From: a virus
Taxonomy: Duplodnaviria > Caudoviricetes
Virus record (IMG/VR): IMGVR_UViG_3300029169_000006
Span: 1-45,008 of that record
DNA length: 45,008 nucleotides
Strand: one strand, 5' to 3'
Within the stretch, counting starts at the first letter, position 1; each line of letters begins with the position of its first letter. Below the pieces are notes generated by a model, which was given only the letters and a program-made list of their open reading frames with translations, was not told the origin of the DNA and made no database searches. The translations under genes and the position numbers were made by a program. Of this stretch, positions 7,794-17,654 are shown in pieces.

Positions 7794-8983
7794 TGGTTGA
7801 TATCAAGATTGATTGGAACGCGGTTGTCGAGGATGAGTTTGACCGGCCTGCGAACATAACCAATTATCGAATCTACAATAAAGGCCAGTTTATTGCCGAG
7901 GTAGGGAATGTCACTACATACACGATCACTGACGTTCCCCCAGAAACAAGATTTCGTATTTCTGTCTCTGCTGTTAACTCTCAGGGAGAGGGACCAAGGT
8001 CATTGGATTCGGTTATTGTGTCTCCGTCATTACCGCAAGGATTACCAAAACAAGTCGAGGGCGTTGTGCCAATAATTATAGGAAGTGAGCAAACACCCGA
8101 TAACGGAGGCCCGCCTCCAGAGGATATTATTTTTGAGTCTGATCTTCAGACGGGTGTCATTAAGTATGTTGGTGCTGGCGATCCACACCCTGGCGGGGGC
8201 TACATTTCGTTTTTGGGCGGTGAGCTAACCAACTTCCCGAATCCCGGTGATGGCACACAGAACTTTCAGCAGTTCCAAAATACAATCATCACTGATGAAC
8301 CAGACGCTCAAGGGTCAATCCCTGGGAACACGTACTCGCTAAAAACGCACTATGCTGGCGGCTTTACCGATGACTTCGGTCTGAACACTACGATTATTAA
8401 ATTTCCACCAGCGGCCACTAACACTGGTGACAACTTCCACATTCGGTTTTATCAGAAGTGGGCGACGGGCTGGCAATGGCCCGGTGTTCAGCAGAAATTC
8501 TGCAAGATCGAGACCGAGGGCGGTACTTTCTGGACGCAGAACTTCAAGCAGGTATTTGGCTATGATTTCCTCATGGTCACGCATCTTACTGATTCAACAG
8601 GGCAGTTCGAGAAGCATGCTTATCCCGTCATTCCGCCAGAGCAAGGTGGGCCGGGAACTTTTGTCGAAGAGGACAGCATCAATAACGGTATTGGCCCTGG
8701 TGGTACAGATCAAAATAAGCAAATGCTTGAGGACACTTGGTACTGCATTGAGTTTGCTATACAAACTTCGTCACCGAATGGTTTTGATGGTCGGTACAGG
8801 ATATGGGTCGATGATGTACTTGTATTTGATCTGCAGAACGCCAAGACAAGACCGTCTGGAGCTCCATCAGGGTTGAGGAAGGTTGAGCTGCAGCACGTAT
8901 ACGAGCCACAGGCACAGATTGATCAGCCAACGTATATGGATGAGATAGTAATTGCCACATCGAAGATCGGATTGGCTACTTGA
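7793..8983 (+). CDS. FN3 domain plus polysaccharide lyase-like jelly-roll domain
   Basis: ITNYRIY..TYTITD..FRISVSAVNSQGEGPRS (FN3); WYCIEF..DGRYRIWVD..YMDEIVIATSKIG (polysaccharide lyase-like); TAATG coupling. Confidence 0.7.
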   Translation: MVDIKIDWNAVVEDEFDRPANITNYRIYNKGQFIAEVGNVTTYTITDVPPETRFRISVSAVNSQGEGPRSLDSVIVSPSLPQGLPKQVEGVVPIIIGSEQTPDNGGPPPEDIIFESDLQTGVIKYVGAGDPHPGGGYISFLGGELTNFPNPGDGTQNFQQFQNTIITDEPDAQGSIPGNTYSLKTHYAGGFTDDFGLNTTIIKFPPAATNTGDNFHIRFYQKWATGWQWPGVQQKFCKIETEGGTFWTQNFKQVFGYDFLMVTHLTDSTGQFEKHAYPVIPPEQGGPGTFVEEDSINNGIGPGGTDQNKQMLEDTWYCIEFAIQTSSPNGFDGRYRIWVDDVLVFDLQNAKTRPSGAPSGLRKVELQHVYEPQAQIDQPTYMDEIVIATSKIGLAT

Positions 8984-9426
8984 TCGTAAGCATTCCTCAT
9001 ACTGGCACCCGCACCCTGGTTAATGTTTTAAACGACGATGACATCGTTCATTTCGACAAGCATCACACGAACGTACTCAGGCGACTGTCTGGCCCGATTC
9101 ACGTACCAATAAGAGACCCTCTTGAATCGCTTGCGAGCTATATCGCCTATTCATACCCGAGGAACGATGAATACATAGAGCGCGCCACTATCGCGGTTGA
9201 TTACCTGTCTTCATATTTAGGTGATGTTACTTACCATGTGGTGGAGGATATCGACATAAGAGAGGGTCGAGGCCCTACGCATCCTATTCGTGGTCTTATT
9301 TTAAACAGGGATTATTCGGAGCTTTGTCATTTGGAGCGGTTCAGGCAGCTAACGGGTTGGTATAAGCGACCAGAGATACGAGAATTCTTTGGTGAGTTTT
9401 ATTCTGATCTTTGGTGGGATAGATAA
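8980..9426 (+). CDS. Sulfotransferase-like P-loop protein (short)
   Basis: SIPHTGT resembles the 5'-PSB loop and IRDPLESLAS the 3'-PB motif of PAPS sulfotransferases. Confidence 0.55.
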   Translation: MIVSIPHTGTRTLVNVLNDDDIVHFDKHHTNVLRRLSGPIHVPIRDPLESLASYIAYSYPRNDEYIERATIAVDYLSSYLGDVTYHVVEDIDIREGRGPTHPIRGLILNRDYSELCHLERFRQLTGWYKRPEIREFFGEFYSDLWWDR

Positions 9427-9983
9427 TGGCGATTATTGGTATCAATACGATTGTTGGCGGTGGTGCTACGATGCCCACATCAACGCCTCATATCATGCTT
9501 GATGAGACTACTGAGTCATATGTTGCCCCTGCAAGTGAAGAAATTTATCGATTTGGTGTTTACAACACGAATAACAATACAGCTGCTGATGTCGAAATGG
9601 GCTTGTATGACATTACATCAGGAACGGATGGCGCTACATTAGTTGCGTCTGCAACCTTTACGGGTGGTGCATCATCAACGTGGACGACCTTTGATTTAGT
9701 AAGCCCTGTGGCGCTCACGGATGGTAATCGATACGCGGTAGCTATTCGGTTTGTGGATTCGTTCGCTGTTAGCCGGCAGTACGCAACATTTCAGCAGGCG
9801 GCCTCAAGCACCGCATCGACCAGCCCGCTTGACGCGACATGGAACGATGATACCGATGCAACGTATGATTACAGTTTTTATGCTGACACACAGGCAGCAA
9901 CAGGTGGATCATCTCCAACAGATGTGAACTTTTCAGGATCAGGTAGAGGGATTTTGCGCGGCGTTCAACGTGGCGTTGGTTAA
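9426..9983 (+). CDS. Beta-sandwich virion-associated protein with RG-repeat tail
   Basis: MGLYD..LVAS..WTTFDL..PVALTDGNRYAVA; ends GRGILRGVQRGVG. Confidence 0.6.
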   Translation: MAIIGINTIVGGGATMPTSTPHIMLDETTESYVAPASEEIYRFGVYNTNNNTAADVEMGLYDITSGTDGATLVASATFTGGASSTWTTFDLVSPVALTDGNRYAVAIRFVDSFAVSRQYATFQQAASSTASTSPLDATWNDDTDATYDYSFYADTQAATGGSSPTDVNFSGSGRGILRGVQRGVG

Positions 9984-10002
9984 TTACATAGGACATTAGG
10001 AT

Positions 10003-10440
10003 ATGCCAGCAACAGATACTTTAGAAGACGAGATTTTAAGCCTGATATTTGAGAACCTTGATTTCGCAAATATTGGTGATGCCACAGGCATTCAGGGCAG
10101 TTCAGCGCCGGGTAATGTAGAGATTACATTGCATACCGCGACGTTGAGTGATACCTCGACACAGGCCAGCTCAGAGGCTGCATACACCAGTTATGCGCGC
10201 CTGTCGGTGGCCAGGAGTTCTGCTCAGTGGACTACCTCTTCAGGTAATGCGACGAATGATGCTTTGTTGTCGTTTCCACAAGCTACGGGTGGCTCAGAGA
10301 CTGAGGTCGATTTCGGTATTGGCTCAGCGGTAGCCGCAAATGATTTGTGGATCTACGGGGCTTTGTCAGCATCGCTCGCGGTGAGTAATGGTATTACACC
10401 TGAGTTTGCTATCGGTGATATTGATATCACTGTGACATGA
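10003..10440 (+). CDS. Conserved phage structural (fibre-associated) protein
   Basis: LHTA...E..YTSYAR..V....W....N...FP.ATGG...GAL...GITPEF..GDIDI family signature. Confidence 0.7.
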   Translation: MPATDTLEDEILSLIFENLDFANIGDATGIQGSSAPGNVEITLHTATLSDTSTQASSEAAYTSYARLSVARSSAQWTTSSGNATNDALLSFPQATGGSETEVDFGIGSAVAANDLWIYGALSASLAVSNGITPEFAIGDIDITVT

Positions 10441-10721
10441 GCGAACACGAACCAAGAAACGCTAAGATCCAGACGGTTGGGCCTAGTGTCTTTAAGCAGA
10501 TACCGATCAGGATATTGCATGAGCTTGATACTGTGGTGCTGACTATTGGTGGCGCAGATCTTAAGATGGATTACATGGCAGCGCTAGAAGTTGCTGAAAA
10601 GCTTAGGCTTCATGCCAAGCAGGCTAAGAAGTTCGCAGGCCATGCAAAGCTCAGGGTAGTATCGACGGGCGGCTCATTGCTGACTGATGCAGAAGAGAAT
10701 GATAAGAGAGGGTGGCGATGA
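10437..10721 (+). CDS. Hypothetical protein
   Basis: ATGA coupling on both sides. Confidence 0.7.
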   Translation: MSEHEPRNAKIQTVGPSVFKQIPIRILHELDTVVLTIGGADLKMDYMAALEVAEKLRLHAKQAKKFAGHAKLRVVSTGGSLLTDAEENDKRGWR

Positions 10722-11290
10722 GTGAGCAGATCATATTTGGCAGCGCCAACACGGTCTATTTCCCGTTAATTACGGCGGCCGGCACAGACTTCCAGACTAC
10801 ATGGTCACCTGCAGCGGGTGAGGCTCAGTACATTGGCGACGGTGGAACAGCGACCAACTTAGGCTCTAATCCTGTACATGAGGGCAACGGTATCTGGTCC
10901 CAGGCACTGACGATTGCCGAGAGTTCATTTGGTATTGTGGTGCTGACGTATTCTGATGGCGCAACAGACATTGAAGACCAAGCGATCATTTGCAACACGC
11001 AGTTCTCTGGCCAGATAGAGTCAAACAAATCTATTTCTATCAACTCAGTGAACACGGCATCGGTAGCAGCTACAGCGATCAAGTTCGAGTCAGACAAGCT
11101 CTCTCCAAGCACCACGGAAGAGGCCACTACTGACCACTATTTGTCTCGTAATATCTTGTTCACTAGCGGACCTTTACTGGGTGAGATGAAGCCGATTATC
11201 GGCTATTCGTTCACTAACTCACGCGAAGACTTCGATACACAGGCGTTTACGGGTGCGCCTTCCAACGGTGATAGGTTCGTTATTCTATGA
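10718..11290 (+). CDS. Virion structural protein, paralogue of 6969-7793
   Basis: Motif sharing with 6969; ATGA start. Confidence 0.65.
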   Translation: MSEQIIFGSANTVYFPLITAAGTDFQTTWSPAAGEAQYIGDGGTATNLGSNPVHEGNGIWSQALTIAESSFGIVVLTYSDGATDIEDQAIICNTQFSGQIESNKSISINSVNTASVAATAIKFESDKLSPSTTEEATTDHYLSRNILFTSGPLLGEMKPIIGYSFTNSREDFDTQAFTGAPSNGDRFVIL

Positions 11291-11325
11291 AACTTCGAGG
11301 AAAAACAGGGCTATAGGGTAATTCG

Positions 11326-12519
11326 ATGAGTTCGATCAGCCCACTTGTTCTACCGATAACGTCGTATGAGTTTAAGGGACCCATACAGGCCAGCACATCC
11401 ATAGCGTTTAGCGATAGCGCTACGATTCGTGGTAGCGGTCAGCTTCAAGCGGCTACGGGTGTTGCGCTTTCTGCATCAGGTACGTTAACGGTTGACGGTG
11501 CTTTACAGGCATCGACTAACGTAGGTTTTACGGCATCAGCCAGTTTAAGTGCCAGGGCATCGATACAAGCCTCGACCAATATTGCGGTAGGTGCTACGGG
11601 AACGCTTGTCACTGATATAGTGTCATTTGGCGTAAGCCCGCTAGTTCTACCGACCACGAAATACAATTTCTTACCGATCAGACATGCGCTGATTGGTAGT
11701 GCCAACGTATCGTTTAGTGCAACGGCAAACCTAACGGGTACAGGTAGTCTTGGAGGTAATCTCCAGGCCAGTACTACCTTGTCCGATATGTTTGACACCT
11801 ATGCCTTCATGCAGGGCAGGGGTCAGCTACAAGCCAGCACTAGCATTGGATTCACAGCTACTGCAAGACCCTTAACCGGTCGTATAGCAGGTAGTGCGAG
11901 TGTTGGATTTGGTGCAAGCGGTACATTAACGGGTAGAACACAAGGTCAGGCACAGACCACGATAAGCTTTTCTGCTACGGCATCGCTTACGCAGAAGGGC
12001 GGATTGCAGGCGGTAGCATCGATTGCTTTCGATAGCACTGCGGTACTGTCAGCACGAATCCCGTTAAGCGCACAGACTGGTGTAGCCGTTGGCGCATCAG
12101 GTGTTATCAATGGTCGAGGACGACTACAAGCCTCGACTAGCATGGGTTTTGGTGCTGCTGCCACGGTACAAGGTAAAGGCACGCTCAAAGGCTTGGCCGT
12201 CATACGGTTCGGCACTAGTGAGCAAATACGGAACATACAAGGCGCTACCAGCTTCTCATTTGATGCAACTGGTACATTAACGCCTAAATTCCCAAGACAG
12301 CCGATCAATGCAGATGTCTCTGTATGTGCACCACTTAGGTTGGTTCCCTCATCGGGAAGCAGCGTGGTGACTGGAGATGATGCCTGGGGTGGTAGTTGGG
12401 GTAATAGCTGGGGTGGATCATGGGGAGGCACAGGAACAACGGTGGTCTCTCAATCTACGGAATCCAGCAATGTATCAAGCAAACTCAGGCGTGAAGTCGC
12501 GGTAGGTAATGGACTATGA
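11326..12519 (+). CDS. Beta-repeat fibre-like protein (20-aa repeats)
   Basis: Repeats such as LQASTNVGFTASASLSARAS; duplicated SPLVLP.T.Y.F; WGGSWGNSWGGSWGG motif. Confidence 0.7.
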   Translation: MSSISPLVLPITSYEFKGPIQASTSIAFSDSATIRGSGQLQAATGVALSASGTLTVDGALQASTNVGFTASASLSARASIQASTNIAVGATGTLVTDIVSFGVSPLVLPTTKYNFLPIRHALIGSANVSFSATANLTGTGSLGGNLQASTTLSDMFDTYAFMQGRGQLQASTSIGFTATARPLTGRIAGSASVGFGASGTLTGRTQGQAQTTISFSATASLTQKGGLQAVASIAFDSTAVLSARIPLSAQTGVAVGASGVINGRGRLQASTSMGFGAAATVQGKGTLKGLAVIRFGTSEQIRNIQGATSFSFDATGTLTPKFPRQPINADVSVCAPLRLVPSSGSSVVTGDDAWGGSWGNSWGGSWGGTGTTVVSQSTESSNVSSKLRREVAVGNGL

Positions 12520-12824
12520 ATGTTGGTGAGTACGGCAACGTCTTCAGATTTGATGCTGGAGAGGACATCAGTTCAGCCACGCCAACACTCGTATTAGAGC
12601 CCAAGATTGGTGATGTATTAACCATCCAGTCATCAGAGCTAACGATTCCCATCATTGATGTGACGATCAACGGCAAGACATTCCTTGGTAATCAATACGT
12701 TGAATACGTTATCAAGAAAGGTGATATCAAATACGCGGGACGGTGGAGAGCAAAGCTATTTGCGGAGTTCTCAGCCACAGAAAAGCTCAATGCTGATTAT
12801 GTCCGATTCACTGTTAGACCTTAA
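12516..12824 (+). CDS. BppU N-terminal-like Ig domain protein
   Basis: EDISSAT..VEY....GD....GRWR...F.V pattern. Confidence 0.55.
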   Translation: MNVGEYGNVFRFDAGEDISSATPTLVLEPKIGDVLTIQSSELTIPIIDVTINGKTFLGNQYVEYVIKKGDIKYAGRWRAKLFAEFSATEKLNADYVRFTVRP

Positions 12825-12984
12825 ACAACGTTTAGCAGACATTGAGAAGCGCCTCGAATACACAGAGGAACAGCTAGCAGTATTAACTGACTACCTGGCC
12901 GCTAAGTATTTACTCAATGGCTTGGCAGTAGAGGACATTGATGAGCTTGAATACAGCAACGGGGATAAGGTCAGTAAGAATTAA
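12799..12984 (+). CDS. Small coiled-coil hypothetical protein
   Basis: MSDSLLDLKQRLADIEKRLE; internal ATG preferred over 12685. Confidence 0.55.
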   Translation: MSDSLLDLKQRLADIEKRLEYTEEQLAVLTDYLAAKYLLNGLAVEDIDELEYSNGDKVSKN

Positions 12985-13044
12985 CGGAACACACACGGAG
13001 TACAGAAATGTTTTTACAATCAAAAAGTTCTGTCCGAGTCGGCC

Positions 13045-13365
13045 ATGAGTGAGCCGGGTAATAAGAATGCAGCCAGAGGTACTGAGTGGCGTGACGCTAT
13101 TCGTCATGAGCTAGCAGCCATTGGACGTGATGTTGATGGTCAAGACCCCGCTTATCGTAAGGGTTTGAGGCAGTGTGCCAAGGAATTCATCAAGGCGGCC
13201 CAAGGTGGTGAGCAGTGGGCCATCAAAGAGCTTGCAGACAGGACTGATGGCAAAGCACCACAGGCTATAGAGCTAACGGGTGGTGAGGGTGGACCAGTAG
13301 AGGTCAAGCAGTGGACTGTACAGCCTATTAAGACATTGGCCGATGAACAAGACACTGAAGGTTAA
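13045..13365 (+). CDS. terS: Terminase small subunit
   Basis: PGNKNA..AIKELADRTDGKAPQAIELTG..GGP motifs; directly upstream of TerL. Confidence 0.75.
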   Translation: MSEPGNKNAARGTEWRDAIRHELAAIGRDVDGQDPAYRKGLRQCAKEFIKAAQGGEQWAIKELADRTDGKAPQAIELTGGEGGPVEVKQWTVQPIKTLADEQDTEG

Positions 13366-14779
13366 TGCCAAGCTAGTCCCTTTTCTCACAAAGCCACAGC
13401 CTATCAAGATAGCCATAGGGGGTAGGGGATCAGGTAAGTCTATCGGATTAGGTGACATGCTCACCTTCAAGATGGATACAGAGGCAGCAGATATCTATTG
13501 TCTGCGTGAGTTCCAGGACTCTGTATTTGATTCGGTCCACAAGGTATTCGAGAGCTCAGTCAGAGATCGATTAGGTCTTCAAGGCTGGGACTTACAACGT
13601 TCTACGGTGGTATCGCCTAATGGGGCGAGGACTAACTACAAGGGCGCTAACAGAAACCCTGATGCCATGCAGTCGGCACAGGATTACAAGTATTCGTGGT
13701 TTGAAGAGGCACACAGGGCTTCTCAGGACTCAATCGACAAGCTATTACCGACCATCCTACGAATACCGGGTGCACAGTGTTGGTTTAGTGCTAACCCACA
13801 ATCAAGCGCAGACCCGTTCAGCAAGCGATTCATTGTCCCTTACCTCAAGGAACTGAGGCAGAATGGGGTGTATGAAGATGATCTGCATTACATCGTTGTT
13901 GTTAACTGGCGTGATAACCCTTGGTGGAATGAGGAACAAGAAGCGCTAAGGGCTTGGGATTACGATAACCTATCTCGGGCCAAGTATGACTGGATATGGG
14001 AGGGCATGTTTAACGACTCAGTGCCTCACGCCATTATCAGTGCTGAATGGTTTGATGCGGCAATCGATGCTCATGAAAAGCTAGGCTTTGAGCCATTAGG
14101 GGCTAAGGTAGTTTCTCATGATCCATCGGATGAAGGCCCTGACCCGAAAGGCTTGGTGTACCGACACGGCTCCGTGCTGTTGGACGCTTTAGAGGAACCT
14201 TTTGGTGATGTCAATGAGGGATGTGACTGGGCGACAGCTTATGCCATCCAGTGCGAAGCAGACCATTTCATATGGGATTGTGACGGTCTGGGTGTGTCCC
14301 TGCGGAGACAGGTTGCCCAGGCTTTCAAGGACAAGCGCATAGAGGAGCAGATGTTCAAAGGCTCTGAGGGTGTTGATGATCCTGGGGCTATTTACCAGCC
14401 TGCTAACACAGCGGCCAAGGGCAAGACGAACAAGCATACGTTCAAGAACAAGCGCGCACAGTATTACTGGGGATTGAGAGATCGATTCCACAACACCTAT
14501 AACGCGGTGGTGAATGGCCAGTACTGTGACCCTGACGAGATGATCAGCATCTCATCGAAGATTGAAAGGATTGACGAGTTACGAGCAGAGGTCTGCCGAA
14601 TACCCCGTAAAGACACGGGTAATGGGCTGATTCAAATTCTTAGCAAAGTGGATATGAAGAAAAAACCCTATGAGATTGACTCACCTAACATGGCTGACTC
14701 GTTAATGATGTCCCTATCCAAGCTCAAGACTCGATCAAGCTTCAAGGAAATAGACTTCGCGAGCGCACATCATGGCTGA
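13343..14779 (+). CDS. terL: Terminase large subunit (PBSX-like)
   Basis: Walker A GGRGSGKS, LREFQDS, Walker B WFEEA, ANP motif, C-terminal SPNMADSL. Confidence 0.96.
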   Translation: MNKTLKVNAKLVPFLTKPQPIKIAIGGRGSGKSIGLGDMLTFKMDTEAADIYCLREFQDSVFDSVHKVFESSVRDRLGLQGWDLQRSTVVSPNGARTNYKGANRNPDAMQSAQDYKYSWFEEAHRASQDSIDKLLPTILRIPGAQCWFSANPQSSADPFSKRFIVPYLKELRQNGVYEDDLHYIVVVNWRDNPWWNEEQEALRAWDYDNLSRAKYDWIWEGMFNDSVPHAIISAEWFDAAIDAHEKLGFEPLGAKVVSHDPSDEGPDPKGLVYRHGSVLLDALEEPFGDVNEGCDWATAYAIQCEADHFIWDCDGLGVSLRRQVAQAFKDKRIEEQMFKGSEGVDDPGAIYQPANTAAKGKTNKHTFKNKRAQYYWGLRDRFHNTYNAVVNGQYCDPDEMISISSKIERIDELRAEVCRIPRKDTGNGLIQILSKVDMKKKPYEIDSPNMADSLMMSLSKLKTRSSFKEIDFASAHHG

Positions 14780-16835
14780 TTTCAAAGATCACAATGGCGT
14801 GGTCAAGCTATTGCGTGAGGCCCAGGGTGCAGAGCGTGAGACCCGAGAGAAGGCCAGAGAGGTAAGACGGTTCCTATCCTTGCCTGATGGTCAGTGGGAA
14901 GACTCGGTTAAGACCTCGCATATTGACAGACCTCGATACACCTTTGATTGGTGTAACACGATGGTTGACGACATAGCCGGCGAGATGGAGCAAGCGGACT
15001 TTGATATACGTGTAGCCCCTGCGGGTGGTGATGCGACCAAGGATCTGGCTAAGACTATTGATGGCTTGGTTCGTAATATCGAGAACTTGTCGAATGCCTC
15101 AGATGTATTCAACACGGCTGGCCGGGAGATGGTTGGCTCTGGCTTTGATGCGTGGAGGGTTGTTCAGAGGTGGGGTGATAACGATAGCTTTGATCAGGAT
15201 CTATTCATTGATGGCATATCAGATGCTATCGACCGGGTATGGTTTGATCCTAATGCCAAGAAGTACTGTCGAGACGATGGCATGTACGTGTTCATCCTTA
15301 ATTCGATGGACAAAGAGGCATACAAGGAGAAATTCCCCAAAGGCTCTGGTCAGTCAGTAACGACTGATAGCACGTTCAGTACGACAAATATCGGTGAGGC
15401 CCCTGACGTTATCGTTGTGGGCGAGATCATCTACAAGAAGAAAGATAAGATCAGGATTGTTGAGCTGACTAATGGTGCTGTCTACAAGGATGATGAGAAC
15501 TACCAACGGGTCAAGGATGAGTTCGAGGCACAGGGTATTACTGAGAAGCGTGAGCGAATGCGTGAGGTTGACGTTATCTTCAAGCGCTTCTTTGATGCAC
15601 AGGACTGGCTAACAGAGCCTGAGAAGACGGTATTTGATTTCCTGCCTGTTGTGCCGACTTACGGTAACTTCAAGGTCATTGAAAACCGTGTTGATTACTG
15701 GGGAATTGTCACTAAAAAGATGGACGCACAGCGCGTCTATAACTACACAGAATCACGCAAGGTCGAGGAAGGCGCACTAGCACCACTGGATAAGATTGTT
15801 GCATCCATTGAGCAGGTAGAGGGTCGTGAGGCCCAGTGGTCCAAGCTTAATGTCAGTAAAGACCCGGCCCTGTTCTATACGCATGTCGATGGTCAGGTGC
15901 AGCCTTATAAGATTGGTGGCGCGCAGGTTAACCCAGGTCTAGAGATTACCTCTCAATCCATGCTGCATAACCTGCAGTCAGTACCGGGATTAGATCGACA
16001 GAACGGTCAGTCATTAGGTTTGAGATCGGGTGCAGCGGTAGAGCTTGAGCAGAACAAGGGCGATACACGGAATTACAAGTACACGGTGTCTCAGCAGAAA
16101 TCTATCCAGCACACAGGGAAGATACTGATCAGGGCATTGCCTAAAGTTTATGACAACCAGCGCACAGCACGTGTTCTGAATGAGGATGCGAGCTTTGACA
16201 TCGTTACGCTGAATCAGCGGCATTTCGATGAGCAGACTGGTCAGCCAGTGACCTTGAACGATCTGTCGAAAGGCTCTTATGACGTAACGTGTGATGTGGG
16301 TGAGGCATTCAAGAACCGACAGAGCGAAACATCAGAAGCCTTTGCCCAGATGGCTGAGCAGATACCAGAGATCACCCAGCTTGGCCTGGATATCTGGCTG
16401 AATAACATAAGCTCTCCGGGCATGGATTTGCTAGCGGCCAGAGCACGCCAACAGATGGTGCTTGCGGGTCAGATCCCTGAAGACCAGCTAACGGACGAAG
16501 AGATTGAATTCCTACAGAACCAGCCTGAACCACCACCAGACCCAGTGGCAGTGGCACTAGAGCGTGAGTCTGAGAATGCAGAGAACGAAACACAGCTCAA
16601 AGCCATCAAGGAAGCTCGCGAAGATCGTAAGCTGGACATGGAAACTCAGATGGCGATTGAGAAGCAGGAGCTTGAAGAGGTCAAGGTTCAAATAGCTGCA
16701 CTGACAGCAGCATTCAACGGAATAAAACAACTGGCTGATGCCAAGGGTGTAGAGGGTGTGGATATCCCAGGTATCGACGGTGCAATAAGCGGTCAAACGT
16801 CTCTACTTAAGGAGACACAAACAATCACGGAGTAA
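14772..16835 (+). CDS. Portal protein, P22 gp1-like
   Basis: GQW..RP, DAQRVYNY..S, SGAAV motifs, long helical C-terminus, 687 aa, follows TerL. Confidence 0.92.
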   Translation: MADFKDHNGVVKLLREAQGAERETREKAREVRRFLSLPDGQWEDSVKTSHIDRPRYTFDWCNTMVDDIAGEMEQADFDIRVAPAGGDATKDLAKTIDGLVRNIENLSNASDVFNTAGREMVGSGFDAWRVVQRWGDNDSFDQDLFIDGISDAIDRVWFDPNAKKYCRDDGMYVFILNSMDKEAYKEKFPKGSGQSVTTDSTFSTTNIGEAPDVIVVGEIIYKKKDKIRIVELTNGAVYKDDENYQRVKDEFEAQGITEKRERMREVDVIFKRFFDAQDWLTEPEKTVFDFLPVVPTYGNFKVIENRVDYWGIVTKKMDAQRVYNYTESRKVEEGALAPLDKIVASIEQVEGREAQWSKLNVSKDPALFYTHVDGQVQPYKIGGAQVNPGLEITSQSMLHNLQSVPGLDRQNGQSLGLRSGAAVELEQNKGDTRNYKYTVSQQKSIQHTGKILIRALPKVYDNQRTARVLNEDASFDIVTLNQRHFDEQTGQPVTLNDLSKGSYDVTCDVGEAFKNRQSETSEAFAQMAEQIPEITQLGLDIWLNNISSPGMDLLAARARQQMVLAGQIPEDQLTDEEIEFLQNQPEPPPDPVAVALERESENAENETQLKAIKEAREDRKLDMETQMAIEKQELEEVKVQIAALTAAFNGIKQLADAKGVEGVDIPGIDGAISGQTSLLKETQTITE

Positions 16836-16840
16836 TTACG

Positions 16841-17641
16841 GTGACAGATGAAACGGTAGAAGAGGTAGAAGCAGAGATTGATGAGGGAACTGAGTCAGTC
16901 GATCAAGAAACACAGCAGGAAGCAAAGCCCGAGGAAAAGGCTGAGGAGCCTAAAGCACCAGAGGGTTTTATCTCTAAGGAGAATGCACGAAAGGACATAA
17001 ACGTCCAGCATAAGAAGTATCGAGACGAGGAAAGGGCAAGAACTGCAGCAGAAGAGAAGGCCGCTGCATTACAGAAAGAGCTTGATGATCTAAAGGCATC
17101 GAGTGTTGATCTGACAATCCCACCTGTGCCAGATCCTTATGCTGAAGACTTTGCAGAAAAGACCAAGGAACGTGATGCGGCTATTGCCCGTGTCGCGGCC
17201 CATGAAACACAGCAACAAACGGTAGAACAGAAACAAACGGAAATCCAAGAACAGACTGAGCAGGCTCAGGCTGAGGCAATGGACGCTAAGGTAAAGCAGT
17301 TCGATGCCAATATGTTAGAGCTTGGTCTTAATCCATTGGAGTTGAAGAAAGCAGCAAATAGTGTGGTCGAATACGGCGTAAATGACACGTTGCAAGACGT
17401 GTTACTTGAGGATGGCGAAGGCCCTCTGATAGTGCAATATCTTGCAGAAAACCCGGTTGAACTTGCATCACTAAATCAAATGACCCCACTTCAGATGTTT
17501 AATCGCGTCAATGAATTACGGCCCCAGGCCCAGTTACTTAAACCACAAACCAGTCAGGCACCACCTCCAGGCACAGAACTTAGTGGCGGAGGGGCGACGG
17601 AGATGGAAGATCCGGCGTTACAGGGTGTCACTTTCGAATAA
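16841..17641 (+). CDS. Scaffolding protein
   Basis: Acidic coiled coil, GPLIVQYLAENP and SQAPPP motifs, between portal and coat. Confidence 0.85.
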   Translation: MTDETVEEVEAEIDEGTESVDQETQQEAKPEEKAEEPKAPEGFISKENARKDINVQHKKYRDEERARTAAEEKAAALQKELDDLKASSVDLTIPPVPDPYAEDFAEKTKERDAAIARVAAHETQQQTVEQKQTEIQEQTEQAQAEAMDAKVKQFDANMLELGLNPLELKKAANSVVEYGVNDTLQDVLLEDGEGPLIVQYLAENPVELASLNQMTPLQMFNRVNELRPQAQLLKPQTSQAPPPGTELSGGGATEMEDPALQGVTFE

Positions 17642-17654
17642 GGAGTAGCTTTAA

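Noticed and set aside
11445-12431. Long antisense ORFs opposite repeat-rich structural genes (also 23195-24037)
   Set aside because: Shadow frames caused by the codon bias of Ala/Thr/Ser-rich genes
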